A stretch of DNA of 24,000 nucleotides, from sequence record NC_028972.1; one strand, 5' to 3'. Shown piece after piece: positions 15,047 through 23,256 of the stretch. Position 1 is the stretch's first letter. Each line of letters opens with the position of its first letter. This DNA comes from Gordonia phage Gmala1. The notes under the pieces were generated by a model that did no database searches, had not been told where the DNA came from, and saw only the letters and a program-made list of their open reading frames with translations. The position numbers and the translations under genes were made by a program.

Positions 15047-17637
15047 CACAAAATCCTCTTTTCAATCTCAGAAAGCAGGAACTTCATATCGGCACTGTCT
15101 TTCATAAGCACAGTGTCGAAGCCGAATTTCTTCGGTGAGTCAGTCATCATGCCGACGCACAGAACCGAAATTCCAAGACGCTTGCAATTCTCGATTTCTC
15201 GAAGAATAAGCGCCTCTTCTTCGTCGGTATTCTGCTCCGGGATTTTACCGTCGGTGAAGTATATAATCATCTTCTTATTGGCGCGCGAACGCTCCAACTT
15301 CTTCCGGTAGAATTCCAGATTGTGACCGTCAAGACTTCCGCCGGAATCTCGCAAATCCTTGAGCATTTGCTGAGCCTTGTCGTCCCACGGCTTATTGAGC
15401 GCCTTGCACTCAATCATCTGCTGCAAATATCCGTCATCATGCTGATCGTAGTTGAACGTATGAGCATACATTCCGAAATTCACGCCAGTCTTATGGAAAA
15501 GGCTGGCAATGTAGAATCCGGCGGACTTAATATCAGAAAGCAGAGTCTTTCCATAGTTGCTCTGAGACATTGAGCTAGTGCTACCGGAAACGTCCAAACC
15601 GACGATAATGTCGAAATCGACACCCTCTGCAATATGGCGCTTCTGGAACAGGCGATCGTCACCATATGCAAACCGGGAAAGCGAACGGCTAGAAACACGG
15701 CCCGTCTTAAGGTTACGCTCGTATCGGTCCTTTTTGCTGTCGCCGAATACGCGCTTAGCCTTAAGCAGAGCGCCAGCCATGACGCTAGTCACGTTATCCT
15801 CGTTGATTGCATGACGAGGATTGTCACGGTCGAAAATGTAACTAGAACCGTAACCGGACTGATCGGAATAAGTCTTGACTCCGTTCACGTCAACGGAAAT
15901 GGAATCGAAATCCTCAGACTGTCGGGCGATCCGGTCCATATCCTTCGGGTCAATAGCGTCCATATCGAATTCCTGATCGGAATTCTCGTCATGGTTACTG
16001 TCGTCCTTTTCGGCGTGAGCGTGACCGAGCGCCTGCTGTAGAGCCTTTTCCAGGTCCTCACGAGAAACCTCGACGGTTTCGGAATCATCGTCGGAATCTT
16101 GCTCAGAATTAACAGCGTCCTGACCGGCATTCTTTGAGTTTTCGTTTCCAGCGTTCATTCCGGAATTGTCACCCTGAGAAGCCGACTCGGCATTATCCTG
16201 CTCAGAATCAGAGTCAGAGTCAGAATCTTCTTCACCGTGATTTCCGTCGCCAGATTCGGAAATATCTCCCGTGCCATGCTCTGCTGAGTTATCAGCATTA
16301 TCGGAATCGTCGGCGTCGGAATCGTCGGCGTCGGAATCCTGGTCAGAGTCTCCGGAATCGGTGTCGCCGGAATCCTGCTCAGAATCCCCCAAATCCTGCT
16401 CAGAATTACTCGACTCTGAATCTCCGGAATCACCGTCATCCTGAGAATCCTGGTCAGAGTCACCGGAATTGCCGTCCTGTGCGGAATCACTCTCATCCTG
16501 AGAATCCTGGTCAGAGTCAGAGCTATCGGCGTTATCGGCGCTCTCATCCTGAGAATCCTGCTCAGAATCTACGGAATCGGTGTCGCCGGAATCCTGCTCA
16601 GCGCTTTCACCGGATTCTGAGCTATCAGCCTGGTCTGCCTGGTCAGAATTATCTGCCTGGTCTGCCTGAGAATCCTGCTTTTCGTCAGAATCATCGGTAG
16701 TTTCAGGCTTCGGCGGCGTGTAATCGTCATGTGGGAAGAATTCACCCTGAGACATTTCACAGATAACAGCGGAAAGAATCACGGCGCGCATAGCGGTTTC
16801 TTCCAGCGATTCGGGAACGTAAAGCATTCCCATTTCGTCCAGTGCGTTAACGATTTCGACGGCGCGGCGATTAAGGCGACCATCAATTTCGTGTCCCTGA
16901 GTCTTGAAAAGAATGCCCACCTGAATCTGAGCGGCAACCGGCATATTCTTCCAAAGAACTTTGGTTCCGTCGGTCAAGCTAATTCCGTCATTCAGAACAT
17001 TCTCGCCCTGGAAATAACGCTGCTCAGTGAGCCCCGGTCGGGCGACGCTGGCAATGTAATCAATGCGCGTATCTTCCACAACCAAAACCATAGGAACGGC
17101 TGCTTTGTAAACAGCTTCCACGAATTCCTGAGCACCGGCATAGCTGTAGCTGTTATTTCGCATGGCACCCAAAAACCGAATGCTCAGGCCGGAAATGAAA
17201 TCGTCTGAGACACCGGCGGCCTTAAGCTCGGACTCGAACTTATTCTTGGTGTCAGTGAGCGACTTAAAGGCGAGCTTGTCAAAGCTGCCATTAACGCAGT
17301 GAGAGATTTCATGGTAAAGACCAGAGTAAATCTCTTCCCACTTTTCGCAAGCCTCACAAATCATGAGGCCGGTTTTCTCATCACGAATTTCGCAAATCGT
17401 GTAATCGTGCTGAGTATTACGAGCCAGGCTAACCGGCGGGCGAACATAAATCTTTTTGCCGTCCGTCGCGGTATTCTTGCCAGCGACAACCTGGAAATTC
17501 GGACGCTTGACACCGGCTGCTTTTGCGGCTGCATTCGCAAACCGGGTCAGGTCAGTGGAAATCCGGCGGAATTCCTTTATAGCCTTTTCAGCGTTAAGCT
17601 GAGACTTGGTAACATACTGACCATTAACGTACGGCAT
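15046..17637 (-). CDS. VWA-domain protein with N-terminal HExxH (zincin-like) motif, CobT-like architecture
   Basis: GLYHEISHCVNG at 17299-17313, downstream VVEDTRID, Asp/Ser/Gln-rich linker, C-terminal VWA with MIDAS (FDIIVGLDVSGSTSSMS...IIYFTDGKIPE...). Confidence 0.88.
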   Translation of the reverse strand: MPYVNGQYVTKSQLNAEKAIKEFRRISTDLTRFANAAAKAAGVKRPNFQVVAGKNTATDGKKIYVRPPVSLARNTQHDYTICEIRDEKTGLMICEACEKWEEIYSGLYHEISHCVNGSFDKLAFKSLTDTKNKFESELKAAGVSDDFISGLSIRFLGAMRNNSYSYAGAQEFVEAVYKAAVPMVLVVEDTRIDYIASVARPGLTEQRYFQGENVLNDGISLTDGTKVLWKNMPVAAQIQVGILFKTQGHEIDGRLNRRAVEIVNALDEMGMLYVPESLEETAMRAVILSAVICEMSQGEFFPHDDYTPPKPETTDDSDEKQDSQADQADNSDQADQADSSESGESAEQDSGDTDSVDSEQDSQDESADNADSSDSDQDSQDESDSAQDGNSGDSDQDSQDDGDSGDSESSNSEQDLGDSEQDSGDTDSGDSDQDSDADDSDADDSDNADNSAEHGTGDISESGDGNHGEEDSDSDSDSEQDNAESASQGDNSGMNAGNENSKNAGQDAVNSEQDSDDDSETVEVSREDLEKALQQALGHAHAEKDDSNHDENSDQEFDMDAIDPKDMDRIARQSEDFDSISVDVNGVKTYSDQSGYGSSYIFDRDNPRHAINEDNVTSVMAGALLKAKRVFGDSKKDRYERNLKTGRVSSRSLSRFAYGDDRLFQKRHIAEGVDFDIIVGLDVSGSTSSMSQSNYGKTLLSDIKSAGFYIASLFHKTGVNFGMYAHTFNYDQHDDGYLQQMIECKALNKPWDDKAQQMLKDLRDSGGSLDGHNLEFYRKKLERSRANKKMIIYFTDGKIPEQNTDEEEALILREIENCKRLGISVLCVGMMTDSPKKFGFDTVLMKDSADMKFLLSEIEKRIL
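16040..16705 (-). repeat. Low-complexity acidic repeat within the VWA gene
   Basis: Degenerate tandem repeats encoding SDQDSQDE/SGDSDQDSQDD; DNA unit CTGAGAATCCTGGTCAGAGTC recurs. Confidence 0.85.
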
Positions 17638-17704
17638 GAGATTTCCTGTCTAGTGTTGATTAAAAACTGTGAGTGTAGGTGCTGTGACGCTGTGAGTATA
17701 TCCC

Positions 17705-17740
17705 GGTCCGGCTAGCGGTATGAATGCCGCTAGCCGGACC
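17705..17740. terminator. Intercistronic hairpin between the AAA+ ATPase and VWA genes (terminator or processing signal)
   Basis: GGTCCGGCTAGCGG (17705-17718) / CCGCTAGCCGGACC (17727-17740), 14-bp perfect, 8-nt loop; no clear U-tract. Confidence 0.6.
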
Positions 17741-17758
17741 AGAATAAGCCGACAGTGC

Positions 17759-19585
17759 CTAGTAACGCGGCTTATTTCGACTGCCCGGCGGGCGCCCGCG
17801 TCGGCGTCCGGTTTGCGCTTGACCGTCGTGAGCGCGGACAATCTGGAAAATCTGCTCTGCCTGGTCCGGGTCCAGGAAATCCGCGATTGCCATACGGTAA
17901 GCGTCGCGCAGATTCAAGAAACTCAGAACCCGCGAAACCTTGATTTGCTCGCGCACTCCCCAATGCAGCGGAAAATCATTCTCGCTCAGTTCACGAATAT
18001 CGGTTGCGATATTCATAACCTTTTCGAGCTTGTCGTCTGGGATCTGAAATCCCACGTTCTTGCACGCCTTCTGAATGATTTTGCGCTCAAGCGTGGCATT
18101 CGGTGGGGTCACCTGAATATGCATGAGACGCGAAACGTCAGCGGCTGAGATTTCGTGAGTACCGACGTTGCGCATATCCCACGCGGGATTAAACGCCATA
18201 CCCAAGAAATTGTGTTCGTGCTTTTGGATTCGCTCGCCCTCGTTTGTGTCCAAAACGAGTTGCTTGGAATTATCCGTGAGCGGCCGCAAAAACTGCCAAA
18301 CCTCATCCGGGCCGGTATTCGGTTCGTCCACCAGCATTACGCACGGTTTCGACCATTGCGAAGTCAAACGGCCATACTTGAAATATGTGCCCTTATCCGG
18401 CGAGACGTGCATTTTACCGGCAAGGTCGTCTTTCTCTGTCCGGTTGTCAATGCTCAACCGAACAAAAGGCAGTTGCATAACCCAAGCGGCATACCGGAAA
18501 AACTCAGTCTTTCCGGTTCCCGGAATTCCGTTTACCGCCGGGGTCATTCCCATATTCCAGAGACCGGCAACCTTATACAGCAGGTTTTGGTGATCCTGGT
18601 AATCTTCCGGGTGCTCATCGTCTCCGGACATGGGAATCATTGCGCGCTGATCGTCCGCAAAAAACTGCGGATCGAAAATCGGAAGATGCAGGCTCATGGA
18701 ATTGTCGTCGGCGCTGGTAATCTTTCGCCAGCCGCGAATTCCCATCTGCTTATCTTCCATGCTCGCGTCCTTATCAGGCGCGGTAGCCGGGTCAATTGCG
18801 CGCTTGCGGCCACGTCCGGAAACAGAACCGGAAACACCAGCGTCAGAATCAACCGTGCTATTTCCGACCTGTAGCGGCGCGGTACCGACGTGAGTGTCAA
18901 TAACGTAAGTGCTGAGCATGGTTCCAGCCTCACGATTACCGACATTCGCGCCGACGTTGCAATCTTTAGCAACTTCGGCGGTGTCATTGTCACGAATGAC
19001 AATGTTTCGGCGAGAGCACGACTTAACCGGGAGTCCGGCCTTTTCGATGGTTTCGGATTCAGAATTGAAGAAAATGCAATTCTGGCAGTTGTTTACAGCG
19101 TCCGAAACGTAACCCTGGTCACCGCTTGCCGCATTCAGCAGGAGCTGATTAAACGAAACAACCGAATTACGCGCACCGTCTATAACGGCATTTCGCACAG
19201 CCTGCCCGCTGGTCTCGTTGAATTCCGAGCAACGATCCGCCATAGTGCGCAAAAGGTCTACACTGTCTTCGGTGGTGTATATATTCGTGAGAAAGATTCC
19301 ACGCTTTGCGCAAACAGAACCGCCGGAAACCTTGCCGAGAACTTCGATTTGCCTATTGACGTCATTTGCGCCAATAAAGAAAATGCAATTCTCGCAAGAC
19401 TTAACGGCGCTTGCATTCTGTTGCACGGTGGGCACGGTCGGCATAACCGGAGTAACCGGAGCTTTCGGGGCTGCTGGCATAACCGGAGCGGGTGATGCAG
19501 TCTGAGCATTTCCCGGCACAGCGGGAATATTCGGACGCGAATTAGCGGCCAAATTTCCCGGTAGTGGAGGCGTCGGAATAGTCAT
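17759..19585 (-). CDS. MoxR/CobS-like AAA+ ATPase with two N-terminal four-Cys modules
   Basis: Walker A GIPGTGKTEF (18506-18529), Walker B CVMLVDEPN, later MAFNPAWDMRN; N-terminal CENCIFF...C...C and CQNCIFF...C...C. Confidence 0.88.
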   Translation of the reverse strand: MTIPTPPLPGNLAANSRPNIPAVPGNAQTASPAPVMPAAPKAPVTPVMPTVPTVQQNASAVKSCENCIFFIGANDVNRQIEVLGKVSGGSVCAKRGIFLTNIYTTEDSVDLLRTMADRCSEFNETSGQAVRNAVIDGARNSVVSFNQLLLNAASGDQGYVSDAVNNCQNCIFFNSESETIEKAGLPVKSCSRRNIVIRDNDTAEVAKDCNVGANVGNREAGTMLSTYVIDTHVGTAPLQVGNSTVDSDAGVSGSVSGRGRKRAIDPATAPDKDASMEDKQMGIRGWRKITSADDNSMSLHLPIFDPQFFADDQRAMIPMSGDDEHPEDYQDHQNLLYKVAGLWNMGMTPAVNGIPGTGKTEFFRYAAWVMQLPFVRLSIDNRTEKDDLAGKMHVSPDKGTYFKYGRLTSQWSKPCVMLVDEPNTGPDEVWQFLRPLTDNSKQLVLDTNEGERIQKHEHNFLGMAFNPAWDMRNVGTHEISAADVSRLMHIQVTPPNATLERKIIQKACKNVGFQIPDDKLEKVMNIATDIRELSENDFPLHWGVREQIKVSRVLSFLNLRDAYRMAIADFLDPDQAEQIFQIVRAHDGQAQTGRRRGRPPGSRNKPRY

Positions 19586-19727
19586 TTTCTCAGAATCCCC
19601 TTTACAGTGAGTGAAAGCGTAGGCACGGCTACGCGCTACGCGGTAGCGCGTGCGTACAGAGTAACACGCGCGCTAGCGTAAGCGCAAACAAGTAACGTAA
19701 GCGCTGGTCAGCGGCACGCGGTAGCCG

Positions 19728-19747
19728 GTGCTAGCTGTAGCTAGCAC
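19728..19747. repeat. 9-bp palindrome
   Basis: GTGCTAGCT-GT-AGCTAGCAC. Confidence 0.75.
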
Positions 19748-19846
19748 TAGGTCTAGGTAGGCGCTGATAGGTTCTAATAAGTGCTGAGAAATGAGAGTGA
19801 TAAGAAATTTTTGAAGCTGGTGTGAAAATAAAATCTCAAAATAATT

Positions 19847-19967
19847 CTCCCAAAAAATCCACCAAAAATACTTGAGCAATTACTTGAATGAAAATTTTTC
19901 TCCCAAAAAATCCCCCCCAAAAAATCCCCCCAAAAAAATCCCCCAAATACTTGAATCTATTACTTGA
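19847..19967. promoter_or_regulatory. C/A-tract plus paired TACTTGA repeats
   Basis: TACTTGA at 19869, 19881, 19948 and 19961 with repeated CCCCCAAAAAATC tracts. Confidence 0.6.
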
Positions 19968-20561
19968 CGTGCGCGAAAAGCTCACACAGTTTTTCTATTA
20001 CGGGACTGGCATATTGCCGGCGATTCAGCCTGTCCGGAATGAATCAGGGACCGGCATTCCGCCGGCTGTTAGCGCTGATATTCATTTAGGGTGACCTAAC
20101 CAGTATTGCCCGGATATTCTGAGACAGAAAAATTCCGCTCAGCTAATAACTCTGAGCGGGCACAAAAACCAGGCCAGCGCCGAATATCGCGGCACGCGCT
20201 GAGAAACTTTTCAGTGAGCTAATAGCCGGGCGCGCTGAGAAATTTTCAGCCGAAACCAGCCGAAAACCTAGCGCTTGCAACTGTTTAAGAAAGTGCTTGC
20301 AATAGTTAGCACCACTGCCGGCGAGTTGCCAGTCCCAAAATATGAGACAGGATTCTCAGCGCGTGAGAACGCTCAAAAAGGCGTCTAGCGCGCTCTGTGC
20401 TGGCCTTAACGCGCTACCGGCTACCGGGTGACCGGCAAGCGCTGAAACACGCTCAGCGGGCCGCGCTGAGCCGAATAAGCGCGTAGCGCGTGCTCAGCGA
20501 CGGGGGAGCGCGTTAAGGCCAGTAGCGGCCCGCTGGTCTGCCGAAGTCTCAGCGCGGGCCG

Positions 20562-20637
20562 CTAGCTTGCTCTGTGCTGGCCTTAGCGCGCTCCCGGCTA
20601 CCGGGTGACCCGGTGACGCTGAAAGTCGCTCAGCGTG
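20562..20637. repeat. 76-bp direct repeat, copy A
   Basis: CTAGCTTGCTCTGTGCTGGCCTTA...CCGGGTGACCCGGTGACGCTGAAAGTCGCTCAGCGTG; 73 of 76 identical to copy B. Confidence 0.9.
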
Positions 20638-20735
20638 CCAGATAGCGCGCAAAAACAGCGCGCGGCAAGTCTCAGCGTCCCGCGCGGTAATGCCGTACCG
20701 GGTCCGACCACCGCGCGGTATGGCTGTAATGGTCC

Positions 20736-20811
20736 CTAGCTTGCTCTGTGCTGGCCTTAAAGCGCTACCGGCTACCGGGTGACCCGGTGACGCTGAAAGT
20801 CGCTCAGCGTG
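20736..20811. repeat. 76-bp direct repeat, copy B
   Basis: Three substitutions versus copy A; a weaker third copy is at about 20392-20460. Confidence 0.9.
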
Positions 20812-20824
20812 GCGCACAGAGCGC

Positions 20825-20866
20825 AATAATCCCCCGTGCCTGGTCAATCTGGCACGGGGGATTATT
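20825..20866. terminator. Strong hairpin, probable terminator
   Basis: AATAATCCCCCGTGCC / GGCACGGGGGATTATT, 16-bp perfect arms, 10-nt loop. Confidence 0.75.
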
Positions 20867-20912
20867 CGGCACGCTACGGGGGAGCGCTGGCAAGTATGGA
20901 ATTAGTACAGAT

Positions 20913-20957
20913 AACAGAATCCCCCGTGACTGGTTTTCAGTCACGGGGGATTCTGTT
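20913..20957. terminator. Strong hairpin, probable terminator of the 20973-21866 gene
   Basis: AACAGAATCCCCCGTGACT / AGTCACGGGGGATTCTGTT, 19-bp perfect arms, 7-nt loop, 15 nt past the stop codon. Confidence 0.8.
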
Positions 20958-20972
20958 TACCGCTGTGCCGGA

Positions 20973-21866
20973 TTACTCGGCGTCGGCGCTCTCGGCGTCG
21001 GCGTCGTCGTCGCTCTCCGGGTCGCTGGCCTTAGCTGCGGCGACCTTTTCCGCTTCTGCTGCCTTTTCCGGGTCAATCGTGGAAAAGGTGCCGGGGCCGG
21101 TCGGCGCGACGTAACCGGGAACCGAGCGCACGCTACCCTTGGGCGGCTTACCCTGTCCGCCGGTGCTACGCCCGAGCGAAACACGCGCGGCTTGCTTAGC
21201 AAGCTCAGTAGCGTAAGGCTCAGGTGCGGACTCGCCACCCTCCAGCCATTCGGCGTAAGCCAGCGCCTCAGCGGCGACGTTTTCGGCGCTGGTCAGTTTC
21301 TCCACGTCTGCCAGAATCTCGGCGGTGTCGAACTTGCCAGCGCTGAGCATGGTTGCATAACCGAGCGAAACAGCGGCGACCATGCCGACGAAGTCGGCGC
21401 GCGGGTCGATGGTCTTACGCGGCGCGCCGCCGGTCTTTCCGTCGCTGAGAGCGCGCGTCACGTAGACGTTTTTCTCAGCATTGACCAGCGCCGCGAGAGT
21501 CTGACCGATCTCACCGGCGCGAGCGGTAGCGCCCGCCGGGTCGCCGACGAAGTCGAGTTCGGTAAGCTCACCCTTAAGCGTGCTCTCGAAGTCACGGCGG
21601 AAAGTACGCGCCTGTCGCTTTTCGTCCTTGTCAAGCTCATTGAACTGAGAAACCAGCACGGCGACGATGTCGCTGTTCTTGTTTCCCAGGTCGGCGGCGC
21701 TGGCCTTAACGTCGTCACCGTCGGCGTCGCGGTAGGTACCGGCGATAACGGCCTTAACGTCGTGATCGAACTTAATGGCCTTTTCGCTGTAGGTGTTCAC
21801 GGTCGCGTCGGTTTCGGTCGCGTCGCTCTCGACGTTTTCGGTGGCCTGGTCAGCGGTAACAGTCAT
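20973..21866 (-). CDS. Hypothetical acidic, Ala-rich protein
   Basis: Start at 21864-21866 (MTVTADQATENVESD...), CACAGACAGGG leader upstream, high GC; ends DPESDDDADAESADAE. Confidence 0.75.
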   Translation of the reverse strand: MTVTADQATENVESDATETDATVNTYSEKAIKFDHDVKAVIAGTYRDADGDDVKASAADLGNKNSDIVAVLVSQFNELDKDEKRQARTFRRDFESTLKGELTELDFVGDPAGATARAGEIGQTLAALVNAEKNVYVTRALSDGKTGGAPRKTIDPRADFVGMVAAVSLGYATMLSAGKFDTAEILADVEKLTSAENVAAEALAYAEWLEGGESAPEPYATELAKQAARVSLGRSTGGQGKPPKGSVRSVPGYVAPTGPGTFSTIDPEKAAEAEKVAAAKASDPESDDDADAESADAE

Positions 21867-22065
21867 TTTCTCTGCCCTGTCTGTGGATTCTCCCCCGCCG
21901 GGGGGAGTAGCGCGGTGAGCTATCTTCGCTCTGTCTGCCGTGCTGAGAACCATTATGCACACCTAGCCGGGGGAGCGCAACTACCTTTAGGGACTGGCAG
22001 ACCGCTAGCGCTCTGACCAGGCATTACGGGGGAAAATTCGCCGCACCTAGTCGGACCGGATACCG

Positions 22066-22106
22066 GGTTACCGTGCCGCTGACCAGCGCTCAGCGGCACG
22101 GTAACC
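22066..22106. repeat. 17-bp perfect inverted repeat
   Basis: GGTTACCGTGCCGCTGA (22066-22082) / TCAGCGGCACGGTAACC (22090-22106), 7-nt loop. Confidence 0.9.
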
Positions 22107-22191
22107 GGCGACGGGGGAGCGCGGCCCGGTCGCCGTGCTGGTCCCTCCCCCGTACGCGCGCGCGTAGGCGACGCTCTGCGGCCCGCTGAGC

Positions 22192-22236
22192 GGCAAAAAC
22201 AGAGCGACCCGCTACCGGGTAGGTAGCGGGTCGCTC
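22192..22236 (-). terminator. Intrinsic terminator after the 22255-22446 gene
   Basis: On the minus strand: GAGCGACCCGCTACC-TACCC-GGTAGCGGGTCGCTC followed by TGTTTTT. Enclosed by an outer 13-bp inverted repeat (22179-22191 / 22241-22253). Confidence 0.8.
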
Positions 22237-22254
22237 AGCGGCTCAGCGGGCCGT

Positions 22255-22446
22255 CTAGCGGGTCCGGTCGCTGGTATCTGCGGATAACGCGCGTACGCGC
22301 GCCATAGCTTGCCGGTGGAAATTACGCGCGGCGCTGACCAGTGCCAGCACTGTAATAACCAGCACAGCTAGCGCGGTAATGCTGAGCACTACTGAAACCG
22401 TGAACCATATCGCGTTAAAGAAATTCAGCATGGAATCTCTGAGCAT
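22255..22446 (-). CDS. Small membrane protein, one predicted TM helix
   Basis: MLRDSMLNFFNAIWFTVSVVLSITALAVLVITVLALVSAARNFHR...; followed directly by an intrinsic terminator. Confidence 0.6.
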   Translation of the reverse strand: MLRDSMLNFFNAIWFTVSVVLSITALAVLVITVLALVSAARNFHRQAMARVRALSADTSDRTR

Positions 22447-22450
22447 GGTT

Positions 22451-22957
22451 TTATGCTCCGTTCTTTTTGCTGGTCGCGCGCATAGCGCGTAACCATCCGC
22501 GCAATTCTGACAGGTCGCTAAATGCTAGCGACCGAGTGTTATTGCTCAGATGAATATGGGGGAGAATCGCGCTAGCCTGGTCACCTTTATAAATTCCGTA
22601 GTAGAATTGCGTGCCGCCTATTTCCACGATTCCCCTGTCTGGAATAACGCGCTCGGCGTAGCGGGTGAGAGTTTCGACCAGTTCGGAAAAGTCCGGTAGC
22701 GCAGAGTCACAGTAAGGGGAAACCGGAAAACGTGCCAGCGCGCCGGAAATGTACGCGGCGCATTCTTTCAGTGAACTGGAATACAGGTTATGAATGCCGC
22801 CATATTCGTTAGCCGTCTGACAGAGCATGTAATGATTATCCTGTGCCCTGAGAGTTACAGCGCCGGTAATGCTTGCCATGTTTCCGGATTCATAGCCATT
22901 TCGGCTATTGAGTAGCATTACCTTATTTTCCACGTCTTTTCTGTTAATGCGTGCCAT
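22451..22957 (-). CDS. Hypothetical protein
   Basis: 168-aa ORF preceded by CACAGACAGGA leader, 8 nt from the start codon. Confidence 0.75.
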   Translation of the reverse strand: MARINRKDVENKVMLLNSRNGYESGNMASITGAVTLRAQDNHYMLCQTANEYGGIHNLYSSSLKECAAYISGALARFPVSPYCDSALPDFSELVETLTRYAERVIPDRGIVEIGGTQFYYGIYKGDQASAILPHIHLSNNTRSLAFSDLSELRGWLRAMRATSKKNGA

Positions 22958-23073
22958 TTTTCTAGTCCTGTCTGTGAGTGTTTTTATTGTTGCTGTGAAT
23001 TAATCAGTGAACACTAGCCGAATTTCGCTGTAAATATACAGCGCCATGAATGCGGCTAGAGCTGCCCATAACA

Positions 23074-23256
23074 TTAGGTGTCCAAACATTCGGCCGGGTC
23101 AATGGTGCCGTTATTATTCTGGTCACCGTAAACCGTGCCGTCCTGAGCGACGTAAACCGGGATACCGTCGCCACAGGGATAAATGGGGAGCGTCACGTCA
23201 CCGTGCGGCGTGAGATTAAGCGCGGCGACCATGAGAGCGGTAACGAGAGTGAGCAT
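23074..23256 (-). CDS. Small putatively secreted protein with EF-hand/dockerin-like Ca2+-binding loop
   Basis: MLTLVTALMVAALNLT... signal-like N-terminus; GDQNNNGTIDPAECL; CACAGACAGGACAGGA leader upstream. Confidence 0.6.
   Translation of the reverse strand: MLTLVTALMVAALNLTPHGDVTLPIYPCGDGIPVYVAQDGTVYGDQNNNGTIDPAECLDT

Noticed and set aside
15322-19505. Many plus-strand ORFs antisense to the VWA and AAA+ genes
   Set aside because: They mirror long, motif-bearing minus-strand genes with biased codon use, and their translations have no recognisable domains.
14230-19967. TACTTGA/TCAAGTA repeats as L5-type stoperators
   Set aside because: Only the TCAAG part resembles the L5 stoperator end; the GGTGG half is absent, so that assignment is not supported.
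19847-20811. CRISPR array
   Set aside because: Repeats are irregular in spacing and degenerate, without repeat-spacer periodicity or cas genes.
20494-20847. 117-aa minus-strand ORF with an internal protein repeat
   Set aside because: The protein repeat comes from the DNA direct repeat, and there is no RBS or coding-like composition.
20748-22016. 422-aa plus-strand ORF
   Set aside because: It is antisense to the 20973-21866 gene, runs across the terminator hairpins and direct repeat, and has a low-complexity translation. It is an artefact of high GC.
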